From: Segetibacter sp.
Lineage (GTDB): Bacteria; Bacteroidota; Bacteroidia; Chitinophagales; Chitinophagaceae
Assembly: GCF_025963695.1 (NCBI RefSeq)
Contig: NZ_JAOQAH010000030.1
Location: 2,396-66,395, forward strand
Length of the DNA stretch: 64,000 nucleotides
Direction: 5' to 3'
Shown: piece by piece, positions 29,242-38,420 of the stretch
How positions within the stretch are numbered: position 1 is the stretch's first letter
Layout: every line of letters starts with the position of its first letter
Translations under genes and position numbers: made by a program
The notes under the pieces: generated by a model
What the model saw: the letters and a program-made list of their open reading frames with translations, nothing else
The model's database searches: none
What the model was told of the DNA's origin: nothing

Positions 29242-32200
29242 CTAGAATTGAATGTTCAAGCCGAAGTTGTAGATTTTTGTTACGGGATAGCTAAAGGCAG
29301 GATTGTTGAAAGCTCCCTGGTCGTTAAGCAGCGACGTATTAATTGCATTTTCAGGATCAAGTCCTACGAATTTTGTCCATGTCGCTAAGTTCTGTCCGTT
29401 GAAGTAAGCGCGTATACTTTCTATACCTGCTTTTTTACTGAGCTTTGAAGGAACCAGGAAGGATACTTCTATATTTCTTAGTTTGAGATACGAAGAATTC
29501 TGCAGCAGGAACGAATTTGTTACATAGCTTGGGTTACCACCCGTTGCGCCGGTTCGCATAACCGGCCATGTTGCATTAGTAGGATTTTCGGGAGTCCAAC
29601 GGTCAAACATTTGAGCATAATATTGGTTACGGCCGTTCCCGTCTAATTGCACGTTAGAGCTTACTTTATCAGCTCCTTGCAATAACGCGGACAGCGTAAT
29701 GCTTCTCCAGCTAATGCTTGGTTCTATACCAAACACGTTTTGAGGCACATCGGCATAGCCAATAGCAACTCTATCCTGATCATCTATAACTCCGTCTGCA
29801 TTTGTATCATTATATTTCAAATCACCCGGAATTACCTGGGTACCTACTCTGCTTACCGGACTTTTGTTGATTTCATCAAGTGACTGGTAAAAGCCGATGA
29901 CCTGGTATCCCCGATATTGGCCAATTGGTAGCCCGCTGTTTTTCAAATCTGCTGCAAGATTTAGCGGTTCATCAGTTTTAACTATCTTATTCTTTGCATG
30001 GGTGTATTGAAGATTAAGACTAAATTTCCAATCCTTTGTATTCACTCTGTAACTAACCTCCGCTTCGTACCCGCTATTGTAGTTTTCGCCGTAATTGCTG
30101 AGAGGACGTGTTTCACCATAAATATTTGGTGAAGAATTATTCCGGGATAAGAGTATATCATATCGCTTTTCATCAAACACATCCACATTAACCGACAACT
30201 TACTTTTAAACCAAGAGGTTTCAATTCCAATATTTCTCTTGATCGATTTTTCCCAGCTCACAAAGGGATTGCCAGGCTTGCTGTGCCAAACCACAGGATT
30301 ATTAACAATAGAATTTGGATTTCCAAATTGCACCTGGCTGTTAGGGTTGGTAATCCCTCCTCCTACACCTACGGTACCTCCGCCGTTTGAATATTCATCA
30401 AGGTAAATAAACCGAGTACCACCAACATTTCCATAACCAATAAGCCCATATGAACCACGTATTTTCATGTAATTCAAAACCTTCACGCTTTTCATGAACT
30501 TTTCTTCGGTTAGTGTCCATCCTGCAGAAACTGCCGGAAATAATCCGTAACGCTCGCTTTTCGGATAGTTTTCGGAGCCGTTGTAAGAACCGTTGATTTC
30601 AAAGAAGTATTTGCTCTTGTAATTATAGGTCATTCTTAGCACCAATCCTTCGTTCGCAAAAGGAGCCTGAGCTCCTTCAGCACCCCTTAACTCCCTCTGG
30701 CCAACAAATACCCCTGAAACAGCATGCTGACCGAACTGCCGCGTATAATTAAGCGCGGCCTGTATATTAGTTTTTACGTAACCGGAGCGACCGGTACCTG
30801 GAGCATTCAGGGCATCTTCAAAAGTAGCCCTGCTAACCGTTAATTCTTTAGTACTCTTATCAAGCGTATAGCTTGTGAAAGATCCCGTTTGTAATCTTGC
30901 CCCGCTGATATACGCGTCATACGCAAAAGTGATTTTTGCGCTCAAACCGTTAACGACGCTGTTTAACTTCTGGTCAAGTACAAAGACGCTTTCCAAGGCA
31001 TTATTATCTGTATTAACATAACCACTGCGCTTTAGAATTCCATAAGGGTTAAAAGTGTTTACCCCAAGTGTGCCTATATCTTCAATCTGGTTATAAGTTT
31101 CATCAAGCAATCTCATTTCCGGTGTTGTAGGATTGGTGTATTCAGGAAAGAAAGGAAGGCCCCACGCGGGGATAGCAGTTATCCTGCTTACAAGACCGGC
31201 TACTCCACTTCTTTGCCTGTTAAACAAGTTGCCCTGGCCAGCGTTTCCGACCGGAGAATACCTGTTTTCAAGTCGACCAGCCATTCGAAGACTTAATACG
31301 GTACTACTTGTGAGAGTAAAATCAAGATTCGAACGGAAGTTGTAGCGTGTGTATGAAGGTGTAGTTTTATAACCCGACGGTGTCTTGAAATCTTTCAACA
31401 TACCATCTTCAAAAAGGTATCCTACTGAAACAAAATATTTTGTAAGTCGTGAGCCTCCTGTAAAATTAAGATTATGCTGGTTGCGCGACCATGCGGGTCT
31501 CGTAAGCGCTTTATACCAATTTACGTTCGGATATATTAACGGATCTCCTGTTCCCTCTTTATAAATTTGAAGGTCCTGTGCTGTAAATAGTTTTTTATAG
31601 CCTGCAGGTACAAGGTTGTACTTAATTAAATTTTCTTCCGCTTCGTTATGAAGAAAAGCGCTACGATAAGCGTCGAGGAATTCAGGTAATTCAGTGGGCT
31701 TTACTACACCAACATTACCTGAATAAGACACTTTTGCTTTTCCGGCTTTCCCGGTTTTAGTGGTAATAATAATAACACCATTAGCTCCTTTAATACCAAA
31801 CAAAGCCGTTGACGAAGCATCTTTAAGAACGCTGATAGCCTCAATTTCGTTGGGGTCAATATCACCGAAACCCTGTCTTTCAACACCGTCCACTATTATT
31901 AACGCTGCCGAATTTGCAGAAGCACGCCCGCGGATAAAAATATCTGATCCGTTATCCCCAGGCAATCCTGATCGTTGTTGCGCAAACAAGCCTGGAACCC
32001 TTCCTACGAGTGAATTAGTGGCATCAGACACAGGCGACTTTACTATATCTTTTCCTGAAACAGTACTGATGGCAGCTGTTTGCTCCTTTTTCTTTTGAGT
32101 GCCGTAGCCTATAACAATTACTTCGCTTAACTTATTATTAGCAGGTGTGAGCTGCACGAAAAGATTATTGCTTTTTGCTACTACCACTTCCTTAGTATCA

Positions 32201-32427
32201 TAACCTACAGAACTAAAAACTAATGTAGAACCGGGCGTTGTGTTGATGGAAAAATTACCCGCTTCGTTTGTAGAAGTGCCTGTTCGGGTTCCTTTAATAT
32301 TGATAGAAACTCCAACTAACGACCCACTATCGGAAGAAGCAACTCTTCCAGTTATATAGCGGGTTTGTGCAGAAACGGTAAAAAAAAATAATATGAATAC
32401 AACTGAAAGGAGTTGAAATCTCATCAT
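29242..32427 (-). CDS. susC: SusC/RagA TonB-dependent transporter (pair 1)
   Basis: CarboxypepD-reg-like N-domain (GTSTNEAGNFSI, LVFSSVGY), EVIVIGYGTQKK, IEAISVLKDASSTALFGIKGANGVIIITT, YGLFPAVSAGW, C-terminal YNFGLNIQF. Confidence 0.95.
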   Translation of the reverse strand: MMRFQLLSVVFILFFFTVSAQTRYITGRVASSDSGSLVGVSINIKGTRTGTSTNEAGNFSINTTPGSTLVFSSVGYDTKEVVVAKSNNLFVQLTPANNKLSEVIVIGYGTQKKKEQTAAISTVSGKDIVKSPVSDATNSLVGRVPGLFAQQRSGLPGDNGSDIFIRGRASANSAALIIVDGVERQGFGDIDPNEIEAISVLKDASSTALFGIKGANGVIIITTKTGKAGKAKVSYSGNVGVVKPTELPEFLDAYRSAFLHNEAEENLIKYNLVPAGYKKLFTAQDLQIYKEGTGDPLIYPNVNWYKALTRPAWSRNQHNLNFTGGSRLTKYFVSVGYLFEDGMLKDFKTPSGYKTTPSYTRYNFRSNLDFTLTSSTVLSLRMAGRLENRYSPVGNAGQGNLFNRQRSGVAGLVSRITAIPAWGLPFFPEYTNPTTPEMRLLDETYNQIEDIGTLGVNTFNPYGILKRSGYVNTDNNALESVFVLDQKLNSVVNGLSAKITFAYDAYISGARLQTGSFTSYTLDKSTKELTVSRATFEDALNAPGTGRSGYVKTNIQAALNYTRQFGQHAVSGVFVGQRELRGAEGAQAPFANEGLVLRMTYNYKSKYFFEINGSYNGSENYPKSERYGLFPAVSAGWTLTEEKFMKSVKVLNYMKIRGSYGLIGYGNVGGTRFIYLDEYSNGGGTVGVGGGITNPNSQVQFGNPNSIVNNPVVWHSKPGNPFVSWEKSIKRNIGIETSWFKSKLSVNVDVFDEKRYDILLSRNNSSPNIYGETRPLSNYGENYNSGYEAEVSYRVNTKDWKFSLNLQYTHAKNKIVKTDEPLNLAADLKNSGLPIGQYRGYQVIGFYQSLDEINKSPVSRVGTQVIPGDLKYNDTNADGVIDDQDRVAIGYADVPQNVFGIEPSISWRSITLSALLQGADKVSSNVQLDGNGRNQYYAQMFDRWTPENPTNATWPVMRTGATGGNPSYVTNSFLLQNSSYLKLRNIEVSFLVPSKLSKKAGIESIRAYFNGQNLATWTKFVGLDPENAINTSLLNDQGAFNNPAFSYPVTKIYNFGLNIQF

Positions 32428-32562
32428 GACAAGCAAATTTGATTTTAAATGTATGCTATATAATTCGGTACAAAAAAATTAACGAGTAATTGTTAAAACG
32501 CTCTCAATCAACTTATTTGTAATGTGTTTTGGACGGGGTATTTTAAAAACAACGTGCTACTG

Positions 32563-32891
32563 ATAGGTTACAAATGAATGCTGGAGTTCGTGGGAAACAA
32601 ATAAACCTTGTTTGAGTAGATGCATGGGCCCAGATAATCGTACAGGGTAGGAAGGGGATATTTATGAACAGTGCGAAACGCTGCCAGATGAACCCACCCA
32701 TTTCCTTTGCCGGAAAAATCAGTCCGAATAATACCTGAAGGGCGAAAGTTGTTAGTAAAGTAGGTCAACTGGATATGGCAGGAACATATCAGCTAAAATT
32801 TAAGGGAGACAAAAGAAAAGGTCAACCCGAAAGGGTTTCAGCGAAATTAGGCGCACCAAGATTATCAACAATTGTAGGTGAACCAAATTAG
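32563..32891 (+). mobile_element. Degenerate IS4-family (IS50/Tn5-like) transposase fragment
   Basis: Stitching frames gives GYK*..DAWAQIIVQG[D]R/EGDIYEQCETLPDEPTHFLCRKN/RIIPEGRKLL/AGTYQLKFKGDKRKGQPER, resembling the DREGDIYE..H.L.R catalytic region of IS4 transposases. Contains frameshifts and stops. Confidence 0.6.
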
Positions 32892-32940
32892 TCGCCAGAA
32901 GCTTGAGTTTACCTGATACGATTTGAAGGAGAAAAGCAAC

Positions 32941-32973
32941 AAAAAAGCCCGTAAAATTTGCATTTACGGGCTT
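32941..32973 (-). terminator. Intrinsic terminator downstream of tRNA-Ser
   Basis: 11-bp stem AAGCCCGTAAA / TTTACGGGCTT with a T-run on the minus strand. Confidence 0.85.
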
Positions 32974-32996
32974 ATGTTACTCTTGATGATTGTCTG

Positions 32997-33081
32997 CGGA
33001 GAGTTAGGGATTCGAACCCCAGGACCTGTTACAGTCAACAGTTTTCAAGACTGCCGCAATCGACCGCTCTGCCAACTCTCC
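32997..33081 (-). tRNA. tRNA-Ser (anticodon TGA), CCA not encoded
   Basis: GGAGAGTTGGCAGAGCGGTCGATTGCGGCAGTC-TTGAAA-ACTGTT, long variable arm, GGTTCGAATCCC T-loop, CTCTCCG acceptor end; 85 nt. Confidence 0.97.
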
Positions 33082-33085
33082 GGCG

Positions 33086-33115
33086 CAAAAGTACGGGTTG
33101 AGTTATAACTACAAA
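33086..33115 (-). promoter_or_regulatory. Bacteroidota primary-sigma promoter of tRNA-Ser
   Basis: -7 box TACTTTTG (33093-33086) and TTTG (33115-33112) 18 nt upstream. Confidence 0.7.
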
Positions 33116-33303
33116 AAAAACTTTTCATTTTTTTTGTTTTTCTTCGGTGCATGTAGAACAATTCTTATACGACCTTATGTTATCAGCGAAGGAGTTTAAA
33201 CCTGATTTGATCGAATTGCCGGCAGGTAAGCTTGTTTCAATTATCATTAGATCTCTACTTAGGTTGGCAGAGATTTAGCAGAAAAACCGTTTAAAAACTA
33301 TTA

Positions 33304-34203
33304 ATGAAATATAAACAATTAGGGAAGTCTGACCTTACAATAAGTGCTATTGGTTTCGGATGCATGTCTTTACAATTAGACGAAAGGGAGAATGAAAAAA
33401 TCATACACAAGGCAGTAGATTTCGGTATCAACTTTTTTGATACTGCAGATTTATATGATAAAGGCATGAATGAGATGTTCGTTGGTAAGGCGTTACAAGG
33501 AAAACGGGACAAGGTTATCATAGCGACAAAAGTTGGCAACCAGTGGAGAAAGGACGGCAGCGGTTGGGATTGGAACCCAAAAAAAGATTATATACTTTCC
33601 TGTGCAGAACAAAGCCTGAAGAGATTGCAAACAGACTATATAGACTTATACCAGTTGCACGGAGGAACAATCGATGACCCAATAGAAGAAACAATAGATG
33701 CTTTTGAGATTTTGAAAAAACAAGGCAAAATCCGTCATTACGGCATCTCTTCTATCAGGCCCAACGTCATAAAGAAATATGTAAGCCTTTCAAACATTGT
33801 AAGTGTGATGATGCAGTATAGTTTATTGGATCGTCGACCTGAAGAAGTTTGTTTGCCCCTGCTGCAGAAGCACCAAATAGGGGTGTTGGCAAGAGGCAGT
33901 GTGGCAAATGGTCTATTGGTAAATAAGCCGGCGAAAAGCTATCTTAATTACGATGAACACGAAGTGCGTAAGGCTGCTAAAAACGTAAAAGACATGTCAA
34001 CACAAGATCGAAGTGCTGCCCAAACGGCAATACAATTTGTATCAGGTAATTCAGCTATTACTTCGGCAGTTGTAGGAATTCGAACCTTAGAGCAGTTGAA
34101 AGAAGCGGCAGAAGCCATCTCAGCAACTCAACTTAGTACAACGGAAAGAGAAGAACTAACCAAATTAATAGCAGTGAACTACTACACTGATCATCGCGAA
34201 TGA
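33304..34203 (+). CDS. Aldo/keto reductase
   Basis: ISAIGFGCM, GINFFDTADLY, IATKVG, SLKRLQTDYIDLYQLH, GKIRHYGISS, MMQYSLLDRRPE. Confidence 0.93.
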   Translation: MKYKQLGKSDLTISAIGFGCMSLQLDERENEKIIHKAVDFGINFFDTADLYDKGMNEMFVGKALQGKRDKVIIATKVGNQWRKDGSGWDWNPKKDYILSCAEQSLKRLQTDYIDLYQLHGGTIDDPIEETIDAFEILKKQGKIRHYGISSIRPNVIKKYVSLSNIVSVMMQYSLLDRRPEEVCLPLLQKHQIGVLARGSVANGLLVNKPAKSYLNYDEHEVRKAAKNVKDMSTQDRSAAQTAIQFVSGNSAITSAVVGIRTLEQLKEAAEAISATQLSTTEREELTKLIAVNYYTDHRE

Positions 34204-34637
34204 CTTATTATAATTCGTTGTAAGGATATCCTTTCTGTAAAATATTTCCACAAGGTCCTTTTTTCAACTTTTAACGACTCATTCATTTCGCCTTAATGTT
34301 GGCGTTGAGGCGCTGCGACCATATGGGCAATTCTCTTTGCCGGTAATTCTATTCTTAACATAAACGCCGGGCTTATAGAAATTCCAGGTAAAGGAAACGG
34401 TTCATTTGATAAGCACTACATTCGTTACGGTGAAAGCTAGCGGAAGTAATTCGGACACGAACGCCTCAGGAACGACAATAAAAATTCGACCCGTCGTTTC
34501 ACCCTGCTGTCCAGACTTTTTTTATACTACAAGTAAATTCAATTGAAGTGAACAACAGTTTATTAGATGTGACGCTTGAAAAATTATACAAGTATCGGAT
34601 TGAAGATGTTTTTTAAAATAAGCTGCGGTAAGATTTG

Positions 34638-34665
34638 CCGACGAACGAAATGCGACGCAACGATG
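34638..34665 (+). repeat. Dispersed mini-hairpin repeat, copy A
   Basis: CCGACGAACGAAATGCGACGCAACGATG; 23/28 identical to copy E. Confidence 0.7.
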
Positions 34666-34846
34666 AATAAACAAAGAACAAGTGCTTGTAACATAAAAAT
34701 TTTTATAATCTATTGTAGCCCTTGTACAGAGTAAGTGCAGCGCACCACTAACTTAACTATTTGTGCAGCAGTAGTTTTGCAAGGGCAATGTTTTTAAATC
34801 AATTTTCACGAGGTATAGTTTTTTCTGTTATGAACATAAAATTTTT

Positions 34847-35590
34847 ATGGAAAAAATGAACGATTTAAAAGCTTTATTAGCACATGAAGTGCAGGATCTT
34901 ATTTCGGTAGAAGACCAGATAATCGAAGCGATGCCGGCAATGATTGCAAAGGCACAAAATGGTGAATTAAAAAAAGCACTCGAGCAACATTTGTCGGTAA
35001 CAGAAAAACAAAGAACGAGGCTGGATGAAGTTCAGAAGCTAGTTAATGGAGGAGCAAGCGAAGAAAACAAAGGATTTTTGTCAGGCTTATTTGGAGCCAT
35101 AACCGGCGGAGAAAAGTGTAAAGGAATGGAAGGAATCATAAGTGAAGGCGAAAAAATTATGCGCGCCGACATGGATGTGGATGTGAAAGATGCAGCAATA
35201 ATAGCCTGCGCTCAAAAAATAGAGCACTATGAAATATGCGGTTACGGTACTGCCCGAGCTTATGCAATGGAACTTGGCCTGAAAGAAGCTGAGAGTCTGC
35301 TACGCCAAACATTAGACGAAGAATACTTCGCCGATAACTTGCTGACCAGGCTTGCCTACTCAGGTATAAACGAGGATGCAGAAACTACAGATGAAACAAA
35401 AGCAGGTGGCGCCGCTGCAAAAAGTAATAACGCGCCTAAAAAAGCAGCGGCAAAAAAGAAAGTTGAACCAAAAAAGGCTGCTACTCCTAACATTAACAAA
35501 GCGGCAGCAAAAGCTGAAAACGGCAAAGCTGCAAGTAAGAAAGTGGCGGCAAAAACCTCGGCGCCTAAAAAGGCAAGTGGTAAAAAATAA
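34847..35590 (+). CDS. yciF: YciE/YciF (DUF892) ferritin-like protein with a Lys/Ala-rich C-terminal tail
   Basis: EVQDLISVEDQI, LEQHL..T..Q..RL, CKGMEGIISEGE, DAAIIACAQKIEHYEICGYGT, LRQTLDEE...D..LT; tail rich in PKKAAAK-type units. Confidence 0.88.
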   Translation: MEKMNDLKALLAHEVQDLISVEDQIIEAMPAMIAKAQNGELKKALEQHLSVTEKQRTRLDEVQKLVNGGASEENKGFLSGLFGAITGGEKCKGMEGIISEGEKIMRADMDVDVKDAAIIACAQKIEHYEICGYGTARAYAMELGLKEAESLLRQTLDEEYFADNLLTRLAYSGINEDAETTDETKAGGAAAKSNNAPKKAAAKKKVEPKKAATPNINKAAAKAENGKAASKKVAAKTSAPKKASGKK

Positions 35591-35646
35591 CATCGGCTGC
35601 TATCTACAATGAAGATAATTTGCTCCAAAGGAAGTCATTAATACCT

Positions 35647-36252
35647 ATGAAGGCTTTACTCTTGATTGACATACAAAATGATTTTATGCCTGGCGGGGCA
35701 CTGGCAGTTCCGGGTGGAGATGAAATTGTTGCTATAGTAAACCAGCTGCAACTTCGGTTTGAACTGGTTGTCGCAACGCAAGACTGGCATCCGCAAAATC
35801 ATAAGAGCTTTGCAGTAAACCATGCAGGAAAACAAGTTTTTGAAGAAATTGATCTAAACGGATTGAACCAGGTTTTGTGGCCAATACACTGTGTGCAGGG
35901 AACGAAGGGAGCTGAGTTTTCGAAAAACCTGTTAATGAATAAAGTGGAGGCTATTTTTAGAAAAGGTACAGATAGTGAAATTGATAGCTATAGCGGGTTT
36001 TATGACAACGGACATCGCAAGTCTACTGCACTTACAGAATATTTAAAAGGCAAGCAGGTAACTGAAGTATATATTGCTGGCCTTGCCGCTGACTACTGCG
36101 TTTATTACACAGCCAAAGACGCTTTGGAAGAAGGCTTTAAAACTTACATAGTCGAAGATGCCGTAAGAGCGATTAACCAGGATGGATTCAAAAAAGCAAA
36201 AGAAGATATAACAAACAACGGGGCAATAATAATCGACAGCACTTCTCTCTGA
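35647..36252 (+). CDS. pncA: Nicotinamidase/pyrazinamidase
   Basis: LLLIDIQNDFMPGGALAV, TQDWHP, WPIHCVQGT, FRKG..DSYSGF, GLAADYCV. Confidence 0.93.
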   Translation: MKALLLIDIQNDFMPGGALAVPGGDEIVAIVNQLQLRFELVVATQDWHPQNHKSFAVNHAGKQVFEEIDLNGLNQVLWPIHCVQGTKGAEFSKNLLMNKVEAIFRKGTDSEIDSYSGFYDNGHRKSTALTEYLKGKQVTEVYIAGLAADYCVYYTAKDALEEGFKTYIVEDAVRAINQDGFKKAKEDITNNGAIIIDSTSL

Positions 36253-36312
36253 TAGCACCCCTCCTATCAGTGGCATAAAAATTTAATCTTCTTTATTTTA
36301 AAAATACAGATT

Positions 36313-36522
36313 ATGCCACTAAATAATGAAACCCCTAAAGTCAGAAACAATCCTCACCCAACGCCTACAGATGAAGCCGTTATTGCCGCACATGAACAGG
36401 CAGATAAAGATATAGACCTCGATCCTGATTTAACTCCAACTCCGAGTCCATTAGACGATCTTGACGAGGGAGAAACTGCCCGTTATGGAGACGAGGCACC
36501 GAAAGATGATGATGAAAAATAA
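36313..36522 (+). CDS. Small acidic, Pro-rich, probably disordered protein
   Basis: 69 aa with 20 D/E; A-rich 5' region before ATG; terminator immediately after the stop. Confidence 0.65.
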   Translation: MPLNNETPKVRNNPHPTPTDEAVIAAHEQADKDIDLDPDLTPTPSPLDDLDEGETARYGDEAPKDDDEK

Positions 36523-36528
36523 CTATCA

Positions 36529-36552
36529 CCCCACGCAATGTGGGGCTTTTTG
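36529..36552 (+). terminator. Intrinsic terminator
   Basis: CCCCAC-GCAAT-GTGGGG followed by CTTTTTG. Confidence 0.75.
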
Positions 36553-36576
36553 TTTTTGTTTTTTTTATAAATCAAC

Positions 36577-37017
36577 TCACCCTTTAGTCGGATAACCTTT
36601 GTCTATCCAATCAGTTTTAATATTCTTTGGCAGGTTGAGTAGCTGGTAGTTGGTAAATTTCATTTCTTTCAGGGCATCTATAGCAGGCCTAACATTAGGG
36701 CAATGTTCAAAAGGGCAACAGCCGCAATAGACCACAACTTGTGTTTCTTTCGATAAACCACTTAACTCCTTTTTTAGCTTATCCATATTTTCTTTGTCCT
36801 TTCCCATTCCTATGTCAATCGAATGAGGAATAGGCGCCCCCGGTCCCACGCTAAATATTACAGGCACTTCTTTATTGGCTGTGATTTTTTGGGCCAGTTC
36901 TGCTGGTTGAATCAGTTGCTTGCTTGTCCAATTTTCAGGGTTCTGGGCGAATGTTTTTTCCATCGAGAAAAAAGCTAACAACACAAAGAAGAAGGTGAAA
37001 GGCTTACGTTTTTTCAT
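36577..37017 (-). CDS. Exported rhodanese-like domain protein with a CGCCPxxxC motif
   Basis: Signal peptide MKKRKPFTFFFVLLAFFSMEKTFAQ; IPHSIDIG, VVVYCGCCPFEHCPNVRPA, DWIDKGYP. Confidence 0.75.
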   Translation of the reverse strand: MKKRKPFTFFFVLLAFFSMEKTFAQNPENWTSKQLIQPAELAQKITANKEVPVIFSVGPGAPIPHSIDIGMGKDKENMDKLKKELSGLSKETQVVVYCGCCPFEHCPNVRPAIDALKEMKFTNYQLLNLPKNIKTDWIDKGYPTKG

Positions 37018-37267
37018 GTTCAATAAGTTAATTTACCAGCTAAAGTAAAAGGTAATTTTAGATAAAGATCGAGATTGCCAAAGACTTTAACTAATTCAGC
37101 AACTATTAGAACAACTCTTTTTTGATGCCGCCATCTTGCTACTATTAAACATTTTTGCGTCGCACTCTTGTACAGTTTCTTCTTTACTCGCCAAAATACC
37201 CACATCACTAATTAATTTCCTGCCACTATAAAACCTTTTACTTTTGTCGCAAGACTCAAAAGTAAAA

Positions 37268-38245
37268 ATGGATCTATTACGTGTATCAGGAATAAATAAG
37301 CGATCGGAAGGTTTTGCATTAAATAATATCAGCTTCAATTTAAAAAGAGGGCAGAAACTTTCTATTGCCGGAGAGACAGGTTCGGGGAAAAGTACATTAT
37401 TGAAAATCATAGCAGGGTTGGTTCAGCCCGAATCGGGGTCGATAGAATTTGAGAATGAAAAGGTTTTAGGCCCCGAAGAGAAATTAATACCAGGGCACCC
37501 CCGCATTGCTTATTTATCTCAACATTTTGAACTGCGAAATAATTATAAGGTTGAAGAGTTGTTGGATATGGCGAATAAATTGCCTGTTGATGAAGCTGAA
37601 ACGATTTACGAAGTGTGCCAGATCGAACACCTTTTAAAACGCAAGACGTCAGAACTATCAGGCGGCGAAAAACAACGTATTGCAACAGCCAAGCTATTGA
37701 TAACTTCTCCAAAGCTGCTATTGCTCGACGAGCCCTACTCTAACCTTGACATGGGGCACAAGAAGATCCTGAAGTCCGTTATCAATGACATCACTAAAAA
37801 GCTCTCTATTACCTGTATCATGGTTTCACATGACCCACCTGAAACCCTATCTTGGGCAGACGAGATTATGATAATGGAAGCTGGACATATCATCCAGGCA
37901 GGAACACCGGAGGAGGTTTACAGAAAACCACACAGTAAGTACGTGGCAAGCCTTTTTGGTGATTATAACATAATCCGCCACCAGGAGGCAACCCGTATGG
38001 GTGCCTCAACAGAGAACATAATTGGCAAAAATATTTTTACGAGACCAGAGGATTATAAAATTGTACAACATGAAGAGCAAGCCGTTATTGGCGAAGTTGA
38101 AAAAATCTGTTTTTTAGGTAGCTATTATCAAATAGAAGTTAGCATTGATGAAACCTTAATTACAGTAAATGCATGTGAATGTACAGTTGCAAAGGGAGAC
38201 CTGGTATATCTTTCGCTTCAACTGAATGAGCCCTGGTATCTTTAA
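37268..38245 (+). CDS. Stand-alone ABC transporter ATP-binding protein (PotA/CysA-like, C-terminal TOBE-like domain)
   Basis: GETGSGKST Walker A, LSGGEKQR signature, LLLLDEP Walker B, VSHD. No permease adjacent. Confidence 0.88.
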   Translation: MDLLRVSGINKRSEGFALNNISFNLKRGQKLSIAGETGSGKSTLLKIIAGLVQPESGSIEFENEKVLGPEEKLIPGHPRIAYLSQHFELRNNYKVEELLDMANKLPVDEAETIYEVCQIEHLLKRKTSELSGGEKQRIATAKLLITSPKLLLLDEPYSNLDMGHKKILKSVINDITKKLSITCIMVSHDPPETLSWADEIMIMEAGHIIQAGTPEEVYRKPHSKYVASLFGDYNIIRHQEATRMGASTENIIGKNIFTRPEDYKIVQHEEQAVIGEVEKICFLGSYYQIEVSIDETLITVNACECTVAKGDLVYLSLQLNEPWYL

Positions 38246-38420
38246 AAGTATACTAAATCCAAACCTAAGAAAACTGTGTATATAGTATCGAAACGTTTAG
38301 ATAATGGTTAAACAAGAACGTTTCGAACCGAAGGAATCAATAAGCTTACCATTGCTAAAGTTTATGGTTCAAAACCTGCGCCCACAATTGTACCGGCTTT
38401 AGGAGACTTAAAACTAAAAG

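Noticed and set aside
34735-34745. Single GTGC-AGC-GCAC palindrome resembling a solitary REP
   Set aside because: Only a 4-bp stem with no TCTAC/GTAGA tag at the expected distance; could be chance.
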